Of a stretch of 35,084 nucleotides of DNA, positions 32,301-35,084 are shown one piece after another. The notes beneath the pieces were generated by a model. The model was not told the DNA's origin. It searched no databases and was given only the letters and a program-made list of their open reading frames with translations. The translations under genes and the position numbers were made by a program. Position 1 is the first letter of the stretch. Each line of letters starts with the position of its first letter. The stretch is taken from assembly GCA_008632985.1 (NCBI GenBank), contig QPGO01000022.1, positions 744,001 to 779,084 of the forward strand. Direction: 5' to 3'. This DNA is from Psammoneis japonica (Eukaryota).

Positions 32301-35084
32301 TCATCTTGGTTGTGACAATCTCAATCAACACACCCATTTCCACCAGCATGCTCTCCTTGCATCCCAAGAATGCTGTGCCCCATCCAAGCTTTTCTTGTGC
32401 TGTTGCAGCTTTGCTGGTCCATTGTTTCTTGTCTTGCTGCACATGCCAAGAGCCAAGAGTGCAGTCTCTTCTAAAGATCTTGGGTGGCTCCGCCATGTGA
32501 TGTTGACTGCATTTTCTAGAGAGCTGGTGGCAACCCATTTTGATCAAGCCTGCAGAGGTCAAGCTGATGCATGTGAGTTGGGGCACAGAGAGTGGCAGCT
32601 GTGGCATTCTTTAGATGACATGGAAAAGTCCTGCATGGTGTGCACTCCTTGTGCTGGAAGTCATCTTCTCCAGCACCCATGTGAGTCTTGCTCTGAGACA
32701 GCATGTGTGGGCAGATTTTCTGTCTAAACAGCACACTGGGGACATGAGCAGAAGTGTGCTTCATCAGGATGAAGGCACTTTCATGTGCATGCCTTGAGCA
32801 GCTTTGCCAAACCTTTGTGCCATTGGGCTGATGCCTCCCTGTTTTTGGTTTCTCTGCCAGGGTTTCCCCCACATGGGTGAGGGCTCCCCCTTGAATTTTC
32901 TGGAGAAGTGTGGTTCCTTCCAGCAGGCCAGTCAAGCAGCAGCTCAACTGCTGAAGCAAGGAGACATCTTGTGGGGTGTGTGTCATGCATTTGTTGCTGC
33001 CCATCCACACACAGGCCAAGATTGGGGGGCAAGAGCTCACCCTTGTCAACATCACCAAGTTGGAAAGCTTTGTCACTGTCGTGTGGCCATTTTGCTGTCA
33101 TGCCATGAACCTCCGTTGATGACCACAGCAGCAGTGGCACATGAGGCCAGCATGGCAGGTTTGAACAGACCCAGCAGACAATGTGATTTTTGCTTGCCTC
33201 CATTGACTGCTGCAATGCACCAACAAGGGAAAGCACCTCCCAAACCCAGCAAGCCTTGTCCATGCAGGTGCTCATGAGTCACCCAGCAGCTCTTTCCAGT
33301 GTCTTCCAAGCTTCAACTCTCTTGTGTCATTGCTTTGTGAGTGCAAAAGGAGTGCCCAGTCCAAGCAGCTCTGTTTCTGACATTTTGGTTGTTTTGCATC
33401 AAGAAAACATGTGGAAAAGTCATTCTTCAAGGCTGCTGGCAGCTCTCTGTTTGGCTTGGCTTCTTCCTTGTGTTCACAAGCAAGGAATGCCCATTGCTCC
33501 TTCAACAAACATGGCATCCCCAGCTTGCCCAGCTCTCCGACAGGAGGTCTTGAAGGCTGCATCTCTTCTTGTGCCACCTTGGCAAAACAGAGAGCTCCAT
33601 TTCTTCACAGCATTTCTTGCTGCAATTGCTGCAGTTGATGGCAGCATTCTGTCATCATTCTTTGCACACTGAGCTGCACAGTTGTTGGCTTTCTTGTCAC
33701 AGTTGAGTCATTCTCCTGCAGCTCTGGCAGATCTCTCTTTGAGCAGGGTGCCTGCACTCTTCATAATTCTCTGCTTCTTTTCCAAAAAAGGTCAGAAAAG
33801 AACAAATGTGCACAACTCCAGCATCTCATCAGAAGCAGCATTGGCTGGAGAGACAGGCATGAGCACATTTCCAAGTTTGTGTGCTTGCCTTGCCCAGGCC
33901 TGTTTTCAGAGAAGCTGCACCACTGTTCATTGTTGGGTTGTTTCTCCAGCAGTGGTGCAGACTGAGGCCTCAGCAAGTCAAGTCAAAAGTGCCTGTGTGA
34001 TTTCTTTTCCAGCAACCCAAAGTTGGCACTCATTTTGCCTGTTTTCCCTTTTGTCTCAAGGCAGTCATCAACAGCCCACTTGGCAAGATTGTCGATGGCA
34101 TTGTCCTCCAAGAATCTTTGGAGCATCTCTTCAGCAGCTTGCCAGCAGCAACACATTGCAGCTCACTTCTGGGCTCACTCATGCCAGCACATCTGCCACA
34201 ACCTGTGATCCACACATGTCAAGATTGTTGCCCCATTCTTGCAATGTCTGCTCTCATTTGATTGCTCCTCCAACCACAATGAAAGTGTCAACGCAGTGCC
34301 ATCTGCTCTTGCACTTCCTCTGTGGGCAATCCAAATGCTGCAGCTCCAACAGCTTTGTCTCCCACCATGGTCCATCAGAATGGAGCCCTTGTGGTCATTG
34401 CTGGGCTGGCTGTGTTCTTCACAATCAATTTCAAATTTTGCCATCTCCCTCATTGACACAAAAAGCTTTTCAGAGCACATGACACCACTCAGAAATCATC
34501 TCTTTCAAGACAGACTTCCCACCAACTTCTCTTCCAACTCTCCCAAAACTTCTCTCTGGACAGCTTGAAAGATTTTTTTGAAAAAGACAACTTGGCATCA
34601 TGCTGTGTGGCTCAAGCATGTTGCTGGACTTCATGTTTGGAACTTGCCACCCATCACCAAAGCTCTCAAAACATCTGCTCCTGCTCTTTTCTGTGTGGAG
34701 TTGTTGCACTTTGGTTTAAGTTGCTTGCACTTCTTGGGGTTGGGTTCAGAGCCAGTTGTTGCAAACCCCCCCTCCCTTCCCCCCTCCTCAGCAGCTGGTG
34801 CAAAGCAAGAGCATTGGTGATGAGATTGGATCATCGCAGCTTTTCAGCATGCAAAAACACAGTGCCATTTCTGTGCAGGTGATGACACACAATGATGCCA
34901 TGACAATCTCACACTGTGACAAAAACTGCGTGACACACCAGCGATTGTCTCCATTTCCAAAGCAAGTCCATTTCAAAGTTCTTGTCAGGTCCACTCTGTT
35001 GAGAGGATCTCAAATCCAGTCTAAAAAACAGATTGGTTTGTGCTAAAGTTCAGAGCTGATCTGTGAACTGAGGCATGTCTTTTT
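29400..35084. other. Hypermutated repeat/heterochromatin-like domain depleted of both CpG and TpA (right flank), probably decayed transposable elements
   Basis: Same composition as the left flank, starting ~280 bp upstream of the cathepsin ATG. Overlapping spurious Tyr-free ORFs occur in all frames. No protein family could be recognised. Confidence 0.85.
30495..31045. repeat. Nested diverged direct repeats (~138-bp and ~358-bp periods)
   Basis: gtgttgagtctgtttgtgc occurs at ~30508, 30729 and 30867. ctgccctgtgcctccaggttttc…gcaaagaatcctccaatgaga occurs at ~30648 and 30786. On the minus strand both copies read LIGGFFA(I/V)EDFLENLEAQGR. Confidence 0.8.

Noticed and set aside
29429..35046. Dense overlapping ORFs (up to 266 aa) in the right flank
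   Set aside because: Same compositional artefact; not credible current genes.

Overview
Eukaryotic genomic DNA, most likely from a diatom (inferred from short GT-AG introns, gene density, the Cys-rich/Pro-Thr-rich secreted protein with RXL and KxxK motifs, and a copia-like gag relic). A central gene-rich island (~8.3-29.4 kb) holds seven protein genes and one candidate C/D-box snoRNA. The genes encode MRT4, a PhyH-family Fe(II)/2OG dioxygenase, a Sel1-repeat protein, CNOT11, a NIPA/ZC3HC1-like protein, a ~3,130-aa modular secreted Pro/Thr-rich protein with seven copies of a Cys-rich domain, and cathepsin Z/X. The island is flanked by two sharply bounded domains (1-~8.26 kb and ~29.4-35.1 kb) of decayed transposon/satellite DNA. 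In these flanks BOTH CpG and TpA are almost absent and TpG/CpA are very abundant. This is not the fungal RIP pattern and is not explained by 5mC deamination alone, so it is the most unusual signal in the window. Five frameshifts in otherwise intact genes can each be repaired by adding one base to a homopolymer and are probably long-read assembly errors.
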